A stretch of DNA of 64,000 bases from an uncultured Candidatus Saccharibacteria bacterium. GTDB lineage: Bacteria; Patescibacteriota; Saccharimonadia; Saccharimonadales; JBBQAJ01. Numbering within the stretch: the stretch's first letter is position 1; each line of letters begins with the position of its first letter. The notes under the pieces are model-generated. The model had not been told where the DNA came from, ran no database searches, and saw only the letters and a list, made by a program, of their open reading frames with translations. This document shows, piece after piece, positions 27,464 through 36,867 of this stretch. Made by a program: the position numbers and the translations under genes. The DNA is taken from NCBI GenBank assembly GCA_964593805.1, contig CAZQHP010000001.1, positions 645,283 to 709,282 of the forward strand, given 5' to 3'.

Positions 27464-27492
27464 ATTATAGCATAAGCTTCTTTTCGTGTCAA
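27464..27492 (-). promoter_or_regulatory. promoter giving an essentially leaderless mRNA
   Basis: The - strand reads TTGACA, 17 nt, TATAAT (as GCTTATGCTATAAT), then 9 nt, then the ATG at 27454. Confidence 0.55.
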
Positions 27493-27583
27493 TTATGTCG
27501 CTTTAGTAGTCGCGGCAACTAGTCAATACGTCACAACCCGCCGGTTATTTTTGAAGGTTTACGTTTTATAAATAGTTTGCCAA

Positions 27584-28585
27584 TCAAACAATCAGTTCCA
27601 TCAATTTTTTACAGACTGGCTCGACGTTGTGCCGAATCAGAGAACGTTTTAACAGCGTATCGTTCGGGTCGCGGCGGCGTGCTTCATGAGACAAAAAAGC
27701 GCCGCCGATCGTGCCGTATGGTTCAGCTTGAAGCTCCCGCTCATTTACTATAACTGGATATTCCCCTTCCAAGGCATAGGCTTTAAGCAGCTCTTTGCTT
27801 GGCTTGTCGGTATTGTAGAGCACGGTGTCTATGGTTTGCGCGCCAATAAATCTCACCAGCTCCGCCACGTAATCCTGCACTGTAAAATCTTTGGTTTGGT
27901 GCTGTTTATTAACCAGGTTGCAAACGTAGACCACTTTGGCCGGCGTGTTTTGCAAAGCGTCTGCCACGCCGTCTACCAGCAGTGCCGGCAATAGCGACCC
28001 ATACAGGTCGCCGGGCGCGATTACTACTAAATCTGCTGCTTCAATAGCACGGCTGGCGGCTGGATTGAGCTTTGCTTTTGGCACTAGCCACAATTTAGGT
28101 TGCTCCCCAGGCAAAAGCGGCATGCCTGTTATCAAATGCTGGCCAACCACTTCGCCGCCGTCGCTGGCTAGATGAAGTTTGGTTTTTACAAGTGTTATAG
28201 GAATCACCCGGCCGGTTATTTTCAGTATTTCGCTGGCTAGCGCCACGCCGTCGGCAAAGTCATGGCTCATCATTTCCACGGCACTCAAAAAAAGATTGCC
28301 GAACGAATGGCCCGCCAAGCTGGTTTTGGCTGGGAAGCGATAATTAAAAAGGTCGCGCAAAGCTTGGGGTGATTGGCTCAGAGCCACTAAACATTGGCGA
28401 ACGTCCCCCGGGGGCAGCACCCCCAGCTCATCGCGCAGCGCGCCGGTAGAACCGCCGTCGTCGGCCATATTTACCAAGGCGGTGATATTTTTGGTATGGG
28501 CTTTTAGTCCGGACAAAAGCGTAAAACTGCCGGTACCGCCGCCAATCACAACAATCTTGGGTTCAACGCGCTTCATGGTTTTCAT
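27584..28585 (-). CDS. YvcK/CofD-family protein (gluconeogenesis factor / cell-shape associated)
   Basis: VVIGGGTGSFTLLSGLK and NMADDGGSTGALRDELGVLPPGDVRQC. Confidence 0.85.
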   Translation of the reverse strand: MKTMKRVEPKIVVIGGGTGSFTLLSGLKAHTKNITALVNMADDGGSTGALRDELGVLPPGDVRQCLVALSQSPQALRDLFNYRFPAKTSLAGHSFGNLFLSAVEMMSHDFADGVALASEILKITGRVIPITLVKTKLHLASDGGEVVGQHLITGMPLLPGEQPKLWLVPKAKLNPAASRAIEAADLVVIAPGDLYGSLLPALLVDGVADALQNTPAKVVYVCNLVNKQHQTKDFTVQDYVAELVRFIGAQTIDTVLYNTDKPSKELLKAYALEGEYPVIVNERELQAEPYGTIGGAFLSHEARRRDPNDTLLKRSLIRHNVEPVCKKLMELIV

Positions 28586-28679
28586 AATAAACTATTCACC
28601 GGCATTAACGCCAAGGACTTTCGCAAAATAGCGCAAGTTTTGGGCCAAAATGTGCTGTTTTTTCGGAAGTCCTTACTGC

Positions 28680-29951
28680 TCAGGAGTCTTGGATGTCTTT
28701 GATGCGTCCAGCAAACCACTTGGCACTGGGTCGGATGGTGCGCTTCATGTCGTTTTCCCGGTCAACGGCAACCAAGCCGAACTTTGGCCACCAGCCGTCC
28801 TGCCATTCAAAATTATCCAGCAAACTCCAGTGAAAGTACCCGCGCAAGTCCACGCCTTCACTGATAGCACGCTCCATAGCCACGACTGTCTCTTCTATCC
28901 ACCAGCGCCGGTGCTGGTCGTGGGCGTCCGCCAAGCCGTTTTCGGTGATAAAAATCGGCTTCTTAAACCGCTGCCATGCCCTGAGCATTAGCGGGTACAA
29001 GCCTTCGGGTTCCATGTACCACCCCATGTCGTTTAGCGGCACGGTTGGGTTTTTGCGCTTCAACATGCCGGTATAATAATCAGAAAAATAGTAGTTGATG
29101 CCCACAAAATCCTGCTGGTTGCGAATCCGCCGTAAAAACCACCAATTCCAGAAATACCGCATCCACTTGGTGGAAAGTTCATCAAAAAAACTGTGCGGTT
29201 TTTTGGCTTGGATGTTAGACAGCTGCTGGGCAATGCCAATCTGCAAACCGGGTTTTTTGGCTTTCAGAATTTTATACGCCGACCGGTGTGCTTGCATAAG
29301 GTTCCAGTAGACTTTGGCAAACAACCATAGATTGTGCTGGTTTGGCGGGTGTAGCCCCAGCAGATAGCCAAAGCTGGCCTCCACGTTCGGTTCGTTGATG
29401 GTGATGACGTAGTTTAGGTCTTCTGCGAATTCGTTGGCAACTTTTTTTACAAAGCGGTCAAAGTATTTGCGGTTAGCGGCTTTTTCAAACCCGCCTTTGT
29501 CCGTAAACCAGGTCGGCGACGTCCAGTGCCAAATATTCATGAATGGTTCTATGTGCCGGCTACGCAATTCGGCAATGTAGCGGCGGTAATGCGCAATCGC
29601 CGCCGGGTCCCATTTGCCTTCTTCCGGTTCTATGCGCGACCACTCAATCCCAAATCGGAACGCGTTGAAGTTTAATTTTTCCACCAAATCAAAATCTTCT
29701 TTGTATCGTTTGTAATGTTCCACGCCGCGGCCGGAAACGTAGTTCTCCGGTTCTTCGGCTTGGTCTTTAATCTCCGGCCAGTTGGGCAGCCAGTTAAGCC
29801 GCTGATGGGCGGTTTGGGCCATCTCTTTGGCGTGGGCCAGTTCCCAAACAGTCCATTGGTTTACCGTGCCGCCTTCTACCTGATGGCTGGCCGTGCTGGC
29901 GCCCCAGAAAAAGTGTTTGGGGAAAATTTCATCGTTGCTGCTTTCGTTCAC
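28680..29951 (-). CDS. GH1 beta-glucosidase
   Basis: FFWGASTASHQVEGG, acid/base NEP (TINEPN), nucleophile ITENG. GTG start 8 nt after TATAAT. Confidence 0.9.
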   Translation of the reverse strand: MNESSNDEIFPKHFFWGASTASHQVEGGTVNQWTVWELAHAKEMAQTAHQRLNWLPNWPEIKDQAEEPENYVSGRGVEHYKRYKEDFDLVEKLNFNAFRFGIEWSRIEPEEGKWDPAAIAHYRRYIAELRSRHIEPFMNIWHWTSPTWFTDKGGFEKAANRKYFDRFVKKVANEFAEDLNYVITINEPNVEASFGYLLGLHPPNQHNLWLFAKVYWNLMQAHRSAYKILKAKKPGLQIGIAQQLSNIQAKKPHSFFDELSTKWMRYFWNWWFLRRIRNQQDFVGINYYFSDYYTGMLKRKNPTVPLNDMGWYMEPEGLYPLMLRAWQRFKKPIFITENGLADAHDQHRRWWIEETVVAMERAISEGVDLRGYFHWSLLDNFEWQDGWWPKFGLVAVDRENDMKRTIRPSAKWFAGRIKDIQDS

Positions 29952-29982
29952 TGGTAAAGATTATAACAGCTACCGCGTCAGC

Positions 29983-30552
29983 TTATAATCCGTCTGCTTT
30001 GCCGGCCACAAAACTCACGTCTTTAAAAATTTGCTCCTTTTCCAAATCCAGCAATTTGTCAAAATCCGCTTCCCACGCAAAATCCACCCAACCATCGTAT
30101 TGTTCTACGAAAAAGTCGGGCTTTATATCTACCTTGCTCTTGCCTGGTTTGTAGTACAGGCAGGCGGATTTTACTGAATTGGCGCCTTGTCGATACAGAT
30201 CGTCGGTTAGCTCTTTGACTGTCTGGCCAGTATCAAATACGTCATCCACAATCAGCCAATCAGTTCCCCGAACATGTACATCCAACGGCACTTGGCCTTT
30301 TTTGAATGACCCGGACGACATTTTGTTGTCTTTGGAGTATGAAGTTATGGATGCGCTGATTATGGCTGGCGCTTCCAGATGAAACATTTGCGCCAAAGCC
30401 ATCGCCGGATAAAAACCACCACGTGGGATTACTACTAACCCGTCAAATTTATTCCCGGTTTTGCTAGACCACTGCGCAATTTTTTTACCCAGCAAAACTG
30501 ATTTTTCTAGCAGCGAATCAAAAGATTCATAGCGCCTATCCTCTGTGCTCAT
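29983..30552 (-). CDS. type I phosphoribosyltransferase, Gpt (xanthine-guanine PRT)-like
   Basis: PRPP loop WLIVDDVFDTGQT. The layout parallels E. coli Gpt (VIPRGG...ITSY...GWVDFAWE). Confidence 0.7.
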   Translation of the reverse strand: MSTEDRRYESFDSLLEKSVLLGKKIAQWSSKTGNKFDGLVVIPRGGFYPAMALAQMFHLEAPAIISASITSYSKDNKMSSGSFKKGQVPLDVHVRGTDWLIVDDVFDTGQTVKELTDDLYRQGANSVKSACLYYKPGKSKVDIKPDFFVEQYDGWVDFAWEADFDKLLDLEKEQIFKDVSFVAGKADGL

Positions 30553-31157
30553 GCAGGCAGTATATCAGACGGGTCACGCTGGAATTTTTTACCAAACTTG
30601 AATTTGATAAGTGCGTACAAAAATGCACATATGACTAGGATGTAAACTGGGAATCCGCTGTACTCGAAACTCCAATTATCTAATGTCAGCAACGTGATTC
30701 CCGCACTAATAGCAGCAAACAAATATATGTTTGCATTTTCTGTTTCTGGAGCTTTGTAAGATTTAACGACCGTGGGTATTGCGGCTAGCGTATCTGCGGC
30801 AATTGCCAGAGCTATAGCAACGTTGCCTTCTTTGGTAACCGTCCAGAGAATTAAACCAACTACAGATAATCCGCCACAGATAAAATCAAAAGTTGTCAGC
30901 TTCCAGACAGATTTACGATTTACGAATGATGCTATCAAAACCATCAGTGGCCCGAAGCCCACCATAAATGTCATTAGTGATTGAATCCCCACGCCCTTTG
31001 CTATTTGAGCGCTAAAAGCGATCAATGGGGCTAGCGCCCAAAGAGACCACGTAATTCTGTTTGGCGATGTTTTGCCTTTTAGGGTTGAGATTACATAGCT
31101 CACACTGCCGAAAAGATTAAGCACCGCTCCGAAAATAACAAAGTTTGCATTTAACAT
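30549..31157 (-). CDS. multi-pass membrane protein, unknown function
   Basis: About 6-7 hydrophobic helices; 4-nt overlap with the downstream PRTase gene. Confidence 0.55.
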   Translation of the reverse strand: MLNANFVIFGAVLNLFGSVSYVISTLKGKTSPNRITWSLWALAPLIAFSAQIAKGVGIQSLMTFMVGFGPLMVLIASFVNRKSVWKLTTFDFICGGLSVVGLILWTVTKEGNVAIALAIAADTLAAIPTVVKSYKAPETENANIYLFAAISAGITLLTLDNWSFEYSGFPVYILVICAFLYALIKFKFGKKFQRDPSDILPA

Positions 31158-31158
31158 G

Positions 31159-31995
31159 CTAATTACCTAGGGTTTGGGCGAGCATGTAGTCGTTAGCCTC
31201 AACCCAGCCTTCTAGGTTGCCGCAGTCCAGATATTTGCCTTTGGCTTCATGGACTGTGATGGTGTGGTTGGCGGCTACAAAATCATTAAGCGCGTCGGTA
31301 ATTTTGTACTCATCGGTGTGCGGTCGCTCCATGTCAGCAACAACGAACTGCCAGAACGAACTGGGAACCAAGTAGATGCTGGCATTGTTGAGGTTTGATG
31401 GCGCGTCTTCAAGCTTAGGCTTGTCCACTATGTGTGAAAAGTGTTTGGACTCATTAAACGCCACAATCCCGTAGTAGTGCACTTGGTCTTCCGGTACCGG
31501 CACGGCCACCATGCCCGCGTCCGTACTTTGGGATTCTACCGCCGCAACTAGGTCGGCCACATCCGAACCGCCGTCTTGGCGGTACAGGCATTGGTCGCCC
31601 ATGATTATCAAAACTGACTCATCCGGTTCAACTATGTCTCGGCAAGCCCAGACCGGCACGGTTGTGCCGTAGGCGCCATCTGGCTGTTTTTGCTCTACGT
31701 AGTGAAAATTCACGCCTTCTGGCGGTTTTATGAGCTCGATTTCATTTGCCGCACCTTTTTTTGATAGATATTCTTCCAGTTCCTGGTTGCGTTCATAGTA
31801 GCTTCTTAGCTGTGGCGAACCGTTATTTACCACAAAATATATTTCTGTCACGCCGGCTTTTATACAATCTTCTACTATGTAGTCCACGATTGGACGGTTC
31901 AGCAGCGGCATCATGCACTTTTCAATAGATTTGGACACGGGCAAACGGCGGGTGCCGTAGCCTGCCACAGGGATAATAGCTTTGGTTGGTTTCAT
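31159..31995 (-). CDS. galU: UTP-glucose-1-phosphate uridylyltransferase-like nucleotidyltransferase
   Basis: KAIIPVAGYGTRRLPVSKSIEKCMMPL N-terminal signature. Confidence 0.8.
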   Translation of the reverse strand: MKPTKAIIPVAGYGTRRLPVSKSIEKCMMPLLNRPIVDYIVEDCIKAGVTEIYFVVNNGSPQLRSYYERNQELEEYLSKKGAANEIELIKPPEGVNFHYVEQKQPDGAYGTTVPVWACRDIVEPDESVLIIMGDQCLYRQDGGSDVADLVAAVESQSTDAGMVAVPVPEDQVHYYGIVAFNESKHFSHIVDKPKLEDAPSNLNNASIYLVPSSFWQFVVADMERPHTDEYKITDALNDFVAANHTITVHEAKGKYLDCGNLEGWVEANDYMLAQTLGN

Positions 31996-32023
31996 AGAAT
32001 CCCACCTAGTATATCAAACACTC

Positions 32024-32605
32024 CTAGCTGCGTGCCGTTTTGTGGGCAATATGTTTTAAGTACTCGTGGTAAGTCATGTAGGTTTTGGTGTCTTTGACTC
32101 TGTCTACAAACAATATGCCGTTTAGGTGGTCTGCTTCATGCTGGATTACCTGCGCGGGCAAATCTTTGTAGATTTGGTGGTGTTGAGTCCCCTTTTTATC
32201 CAGAAACTTTACTTTTATTTTTGAGTACCTCGGCACTTTAGCAAACAGTCCCGCTTTGCCCGGCCCGGTACTTATACAGCCTTCCCACATCTGTTTTTTG
32301 CGGCCAAAGGTCTCTGTTATTTCCGGATTTATAAGTACCAGGCTGAAAGGTTCGGCCTTTGGCCGGTGTTTGGTAGGCTGGATGGCAATCACGGCCAGCG
32401 CAATAGTTTCTCCAACCTGAGGCGCCGCCAACCCGATACCTAGCTTGAGCGTAGACAGCGTACTGCCCATGTCTTTTATGAGCTGTTGGATTTTGGACGA
32501 CAGCGCCGCTTGCTTGGTAAGCGGTTTGGCTACTTGTCTAAGTATCGGATCTCCAAACTGCGTTCGCCTGAGCGTCTTATTTTTTAACGCGTTTTTTGTG
32601 GTCAT
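32024..32605 (-). CDS. def: peptide deformylase
   Basis: GIGLAAPQVG, EGCIS, HEADHLNG. Confidence 0.9.
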   Translation of the reverse strand: MTTKNALKNKTLRRTQFGDPILRQVAKPLTKQAALSSKIQQLIKDMGSTLSTLKLGIGLAAPQVGETIALAVIAIQPTKHRPKAEPFSLVLINPEITETFGRKKQMWEGCISTGPGKAGLFAKVPRYSKIKVKFLDKKGTQHHQIYKDLPAQVIQHEADHLNGILFVDRVKDTKTYMTYHEYLKHIAHKTARS

Positions 32606-33167
32606 AGTAGGCCAGTTCTTGGCGGGATTTGTCTAGTCGTTCCACGTAGCTTTCATAACGGTTGAACAGGCCGGAATACTGGGCGTTGGGAGCCAGAATT
32701 TTTAGCAGTTTGCCTTGCTCGTCCAGGTATTCGACCAGGCTGTAAAAATCACCATCGCCAGATACAACTACCGCTTTTTCATAATTGGGCAACTCTTTCA
32801 TGACCCACAGCACCAGATCGGCGTCTACATTGCCCTTCACCGGCCGCTTTTCCTCCTCGTTCTTTTTGTCTTCGCCCTCACTTTTCACATTTCCCGTTTC
32901 AATTTTTTCCTGTTCCGGGCGTGGACGCGTCATATCATAAGTCGGCTTGAGCACAATCATGTAGCCGGCTTCGTGCAGCTGCTGGTACATGTTTTCAAAC
33001 TCCGGTACGTAGCCAATAAACATAAAGGCTTTGGTCACGCCGTATTTATCCTGGAGAAACTTGCGGAACTTTACCCAGTCCATTTTCCAGCCGTATTTCT
33101 GGACGCCAACATTTAGGTTCTGGCTGTCAATAAACGCGTAGTTTGGCTTTTTAGCCCGCCGTCTCAT
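32577..33167 (-). CDS. NYN/LabA-like (PIN-related) domain protein with charged insert
   Basis: AFIDSQNL ... VVVSGDGDF pattern with a 40-aa K/E-rich insertion. Its 3' end overlaps def by 29 nt. Confidence 0.7.
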   Translation of the reverse strand: MRRRAKKPNYAFIDSQNLNVGVQKYGWKMDWVKFRKFLQDKYGVTKAFMFIGYVPEFENMYQQLHEAGYMIVLKPTYDMTRPRPEQEKIETGNVKSEGEDKKNEEEKRPVKGNVDADLVLWVMKELPNYEKAVVVSGDGDFYSLVEYLDEQGKLLKILAPNAQYSGLFNRYESYVERLDKSRQELAYYDHKKRVKK

Positions 33168-33197
33168 GAATCAATCATAACAGCAAATGAGCCAATC

Positions 33198-33572
33198 TTA
33201 CATGTCGCCGCAAGAAAGAATGTTGCCGTCAGGATCTTTGAACCAAACAGCTTTCATGGGTCCCATGGTATGAATATCGCCGTCGCGGGTAGTTTCGGGC
33301 AGGTCGTCATAGTGCTCAAACACTACGCCTTTGGCCTTGAGTTCAGCCACCACCGCCTCCACGTTGTCAACGGTCCAGCTAGCGTAGGTGGCCTGATTAG
33401 TACCTGCCACTTGCGATGGATAAACAAATAACTTGCCAGAACCGCTTTGGTAAGTTACACCCCAGGGCTGATCGTCAACTGCTTTCAGGCCGAGCTTACC
33501 GCCATAAAATTCTTTTGCTGCGTTTATGTCTTTGACCGCAACTGTTGGATAAATTGTTGCTTCTCCTAACAT
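33198..33572 (-). CDS. VOC/glyoxalase-family protein
   Basis: 124-aa paired beta-alpha-beta-beta-beta pattern; strong AGGAGG Shine-Dalgarno. Confidence 0.8.
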   Translation of the reverse strand: MLGEATIYPTVAVKDINAAKEFYGGKLGLKAVDDQPWGVTYQSGSGKLFVYPSQVAGTNQATYASWTVDNVEAVVAELKAKGVVFEHYDDLPETTRDGDIHTMGPMKAVWFKDPDGNILSCGDM

Positions 33573-33646
33573 ATCACCCCTCCTAATTTAAAAACTTACA
33601 TATACATTATACGCCCATAAATAATCCTTCAGTCCATGGTCTTAAG

Positions 33647-33798
33647 CCCCTTCTGAAAAACTGATTAGTATTGGCTGAGCGAAAACCTATGCGCGAGGAG
33701 TATTTACACCACAGCCAGTTTGAGCCAGACAATGCTAGTCAGGTTTTTTCAGCTGGGGTCGGTTCTTTTGCTTCTTTTCTGCCGACTCAGAAAAGAAG
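33647..33798. ncRNA. structured intergenic module resembling the 3' domain of elements A and B (copy C, weak)
   Basis: Long-range inverted repeat 33647-33668 / 33735-33758. GCGAGGAGT (33693), then GACAATG (33728), then CTTTTG plus hairpin CTTCTTTTCTG-ccgact-CAGAAAAGAAG (33771-33798), in the same order and similar spacing as in elements A and B. Confidence 0.3.
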
Positions 33799-33831
33799 TT
33801 TATAGAGCGAGCGAAGCGAGCGCAAAATGGT

Positions 33832-34254
33832 CTATTTTTTAAGAATCTGCTGCTTGCGAGCTTTGTTGGCCCACTCATCGGCCAGCTCATTCCCCGGGTC
33901 ATCATTGTGCCCGCGTACCCACACCAGCACCGCCTGGGATTTGCGGTACAGCGGGCAGACTTCTTGCACTATATCCAAATTCTTGATTGCCCCGCCCTTT
34001 TTCTTCCAGCCGTTAGCTTCCCACGCGACCGACCATTTGGTTATGACGTTTATCCAAAACTCGCTATCAGTAAATATTTCACACATCTCGCCGCCAGAGT
34101 CTTTTAGGGCGGCAATTATGGCCAGGCCTTCCATGCGAATGTTGGTGGTCTCATGTTCTCCGCCCAGTACACCCGGTTTCATATCTTTTATAACAGCAAA
34201 ACCACCCACCCCCGGGTTAGGTTCGCAACTGCCATCGGTATAATAAACAATCAC
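33832..34254 (-). CDS. rnhA: ribonuclease HI
   Basis: YTDGSCEPNPG, TNIRMEGLA, DSEF, HNDDPGNELAD. Confidence 0.88.
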   Translation of the reverse strand: MIVYYTDGSCEPNPGVGGFAVIKDMKPGVLGGEHETTNIRMEGLAIIAALKDSGGEMCEIFTDSEFWINVITKWSVAWEANGWKKKGGAIKNLDIVQEVCPLYRKSQAVLVWVRGHNDDPGNELADEWANKARKQQILKK

Positions 34255-35120
34255 GTAAGACTACTCACGAAGTCACCAACAGACGCGGCAAGCTCATCTT
34301 CATGCTCGGCATAACTATGCGTGGCATCTTTTATTAACTGTATGGCTGTGTTTTGGTTTTTAATTTTACTGACTCTGTCCACGAATTTCTCTACCGAACC
34401 GTCAACGTCCAGGATGCCTATGTCTTCTGTTCCATAGGCTATGATCGTTGGAATCTGAAGTTTGCCTAATATCACACCGCCCTTTCGTTCGCTATAAATA
34501 TCAGCGCTTGAACCTTCTTCGCAAATGGTTGGGTAAGTTTGGGCTGAGATTGGGGTTTTGTCTTTCCAGCACTTGACGCCAACTAGCTCTTCGTTTTTGC
34601 CAGCTGCCATAAGTTGTTTGGCTTTTTGTAAATATTTATGGTGGCTAGAATCAGTATTTGCCCAACCCGTCATATCTGTAGGAGCCAGAAGCACCGAGGC
34701 TATAATTTCCGGATTATTTTTGCTAACAACGTAGTTTACAACCTTGCTTCCGCCCAAGCTGTGGCCTTGCAAAATGAATTTTGTTTTACCTAAGCCTTTC
34801 AAGTAATCAATAGCGCCCTGTATGTCGTAGATGCTTTCGTCGAAGATTTCAAAGCAGCTGCCGCCATGTTTCGTCCCGTTGCCTTGTTTAAAATCGCTGG
34901 CAATGCCCCGTCCTCGAGTATCTATGGTAAAAAAGGTGATGCCTTTTTGTTCGTACATTTTCCGCAAATTATCCAGAAAATAGTTTTCATAGCCATTGCC
35001 AGACATGCCGTGTATATGCACTGCTGCCGTATCACCCGCTTCATGATTCATCCAGCCTTGCAACTCGACTCCATCACTCGCCTCAAAGCGAACAAAATCT
35101 ATCTTCATAACTTTAGCCAT
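34251..35120 (-). CDS. alpha/beta hydrolase
   Basis: Nucleophile elbow GHSLGG; C-terminal D and H candidates. Confidence 0.75.
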   Translation of the reverse strand: MAKVMKIDFVRFEASDGVELQGWMNHEAGDTAAVHIHGMSGNGYENYFLDNLRKMYEQKGITFFTIDTRGRGIASDFKQGNGTKHGGSCFEIFDESIYDIQGAIDYLKGLGKTKFILQGHSLGGSKVVNYVVSKNNPEIIASVLLAPTDMTGWANTDSSHHKYLQKAKQLMAAGKNEELVGVKCWKDKTPISAQTYPTICEEGSSADIYSERKGGVILGKLQIPTIIAYGTEDIGILDVDGSVEKFVDRVSKIKNQNTAIQLIKDATHSYAEHEDELAASVGDFVSSLT

Positions 35121-35148
35121 CCTCCCTCAATCATACCAGTTCTGTGCC

Positions 35149-35374
35149 TCAAGTTTTTAGTATTTCTATGATTTTATTGCGGGAAGTCAGGCCCCCAGTA
35201 ATTTTTACTTGTGATTTCGAAACTTCAAAATAATCAGCCAGCAGCGCAATCACAGCTTTGTTTGCTTTGCCGTCCACGGCCGGTTCACGCATACACCAGC
35301 AACTCGCCAGTCAGGCTAGTCTGCACAAAAGACCCCTTTTTACTCCCCGGCTTTACCCGCACTCCCTGTTTCAT
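35149..35374 (-). pseudogene. DUF167/YggU-family gene interrupted by a 1-nt frameshift
   Basis: Hand translation gives MKQGVRVKPGSKKGSFVQTSLTGELLVYA then a stop (TGA at 35287-35285). Shifting the frame by one nucleotide continues REPAVDGKANKAVIALLADYFEVSKSQVKITGGLTSRNKIIEILKT, which carries the family hallmarks (P..DGKAN, SQV.I..G.TSR.K). Confidence 0.6.
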
Positions 35375-35378
35375 AACA

Positions 35379-36245
35379 TTACCTGGTGTTCAAAATAATA
35401 AGACCGCTTGAACCCACTATAGCCGCACTCACCTTTAACCAAAGATGCTCATTTTCTTTAAGTATGAAATAAGCGGAAATCACAACCAACACCGCCATAA
35501 AACTGCTGGAAGCGCCAACCAACGAAGCGTTGCCACTTACCTTCAGGGCGCTGACAAAAGTCAGACCTTTAAATGCATTTGTAATCCCATAGCCAATAAC
35601 TTTATTGCGGTTTTCCTTTGTTCTTAGCAAGTGTATATATTTGCGCTCCGGCCAAGCCATAATAACCATCCACATAGTCTGCGAACCCCAACCCAAAACC
35701 AGATACGCGCCGTAATCTATACGAGTTAGCATCCATCTTTCATAAACAATAGCCAGCCCCAGTAACGAAACGCTGGCAAGCGCAAACAAAAGTCCGCTTG
35801 AAGGGTTTTTGCGATGATGATTGAGCTTGGGAAGAGTTGCTAGAAATGCTGACGAGATTATAACGGCCGCGCCTACCATTTGCCGCCCATTGAGTGTTTC
35901 GTGTATTAGCAAAGACGCCGCCACAATGGTGATGATAGGCGTTAAATTGTTCAAAATCGTGTACAAACCAGCGTCAACGTCTTTGCTAGCGCGAAACGCC
36001 ATGACCATAATTAACGGAAACACTCCGCTGCCAGCTAACAAGAAAAACATATTTAACCAGCCAACACTTAAATCAGGTGAAGAAAAAGCAGCCACAATTA
36101 AACCCAGAGGATACAGCACGCACAAAAAGAAAAAGCCATTTATTAGTTTATTATGTTCGGAAATACGCTTAGCCAGTGAACGCCGCAGCAAATATGCCGC
36201 GGTTCCCAGCACTAAATAAATCGAAATCAGTATCTGCCAAGTCAT
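35379..36245 (-). CDS. EamA/DMT-family transporter
   Basis: Ten-TM duplicated EamA pattern. Confidence 0.8.
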   Translation of the reverse strand: MTWQILISIYLVLGTAAYLLRRSLAKRISEHNKLINGFFFLCVLYPLGLIVAAFSSPDLSVGWLNMFFLLAGSGVFPLIMVMAFRASKDVDAGLYTILNNLTPIITIVAASLLIHETLNGRQMVGAAVIISSAFLATLPKLNHHRKNPSSGLLFALASVSLLGLAIVYERWMLTRIDYGAYLVLGWGSQTMWMVIMAWPERKYIHLLRTKENRNKVIGYGITNAFKGLTFVSALKVSGNASLVGASSSFMAVLVVISAYFILKENEHLWLKVSAAIVGSSGLIILNTR

Positions 36246-36255
36246 CTTGCCCCAA

Positions 36256-36849
36256 TCATACTTTGATTATTACAAATTCTTGCTCGCGAATTGTTATGGT
36301 TTCTTTTCTGCCGCTCTTATTTATTAATTTTGTTTCTATTTGTTTAACACGATTATCAGGTAGCCAAAACTCAGTTCCTTTGGCTGGGTGATAATGTGTA
36401 AATACATTTACCGGTAGTAACCCTAGGCCTTTTTTAACATTCTTTTCACCATGGCCGTAGTACCATTCGGAAATCATATGTGCTCCGGCGGATGAACCAG
36501 AAATTATTTTTCCTTCAAAAAGTTTCAAAAGATTCAAATTCATCTTGCTGATACTGCTGATTAATTTTCTGCTGTTCCCGCCAGCAAACAGCAACACATC
36601 GTGAACCCTAGCCTGATCTGCAAATTTGTCTTTATTGGCAATGGTGAAGTCAAATTTTTTGCCCGGGCTTGCCCATTTAAAATTTGCTTCATCCCTTTCA
36701 TGCAAATAATCATATTCACTATTTTCCCTAGCAAAATACACGAGTAATATTTTTGGCTTCTCAAGACCCCCAACCATACTTTGGTAATACGTTTTATTGG
36801 CCTTAGTCTGCGGCCCCATCATCCCACCATGCAAAATATATGTAGTCAT
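36256..36849 (-). CDS. peptidase S51 (peptidase E)-like / class I glutamine amidotransferase-like protein
   Basis: FAGGNSRKL and GSSAGAHM motifs. Confidence 0.65.
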   Translation of the reverse strand: MTTYILHGGMMGPQTKANKTYYQSMVGGLEKPKILLVYFARENSEYDYLHERDEANFKWASPGKKFDFTIANKDKFADQARVHDVLLFAGGNSRKLISSISKMNLNLLKLFEGKIISGSSAGAHMISEWYYGHGEKNVKKGLGLLPVNVFTHYHPAKGTEFWLPDNRVKQIETKLINKSGRKETITIREQEFVIIKV

Positions 36850-36867
36850 CTTATTTCAATCATAGCA

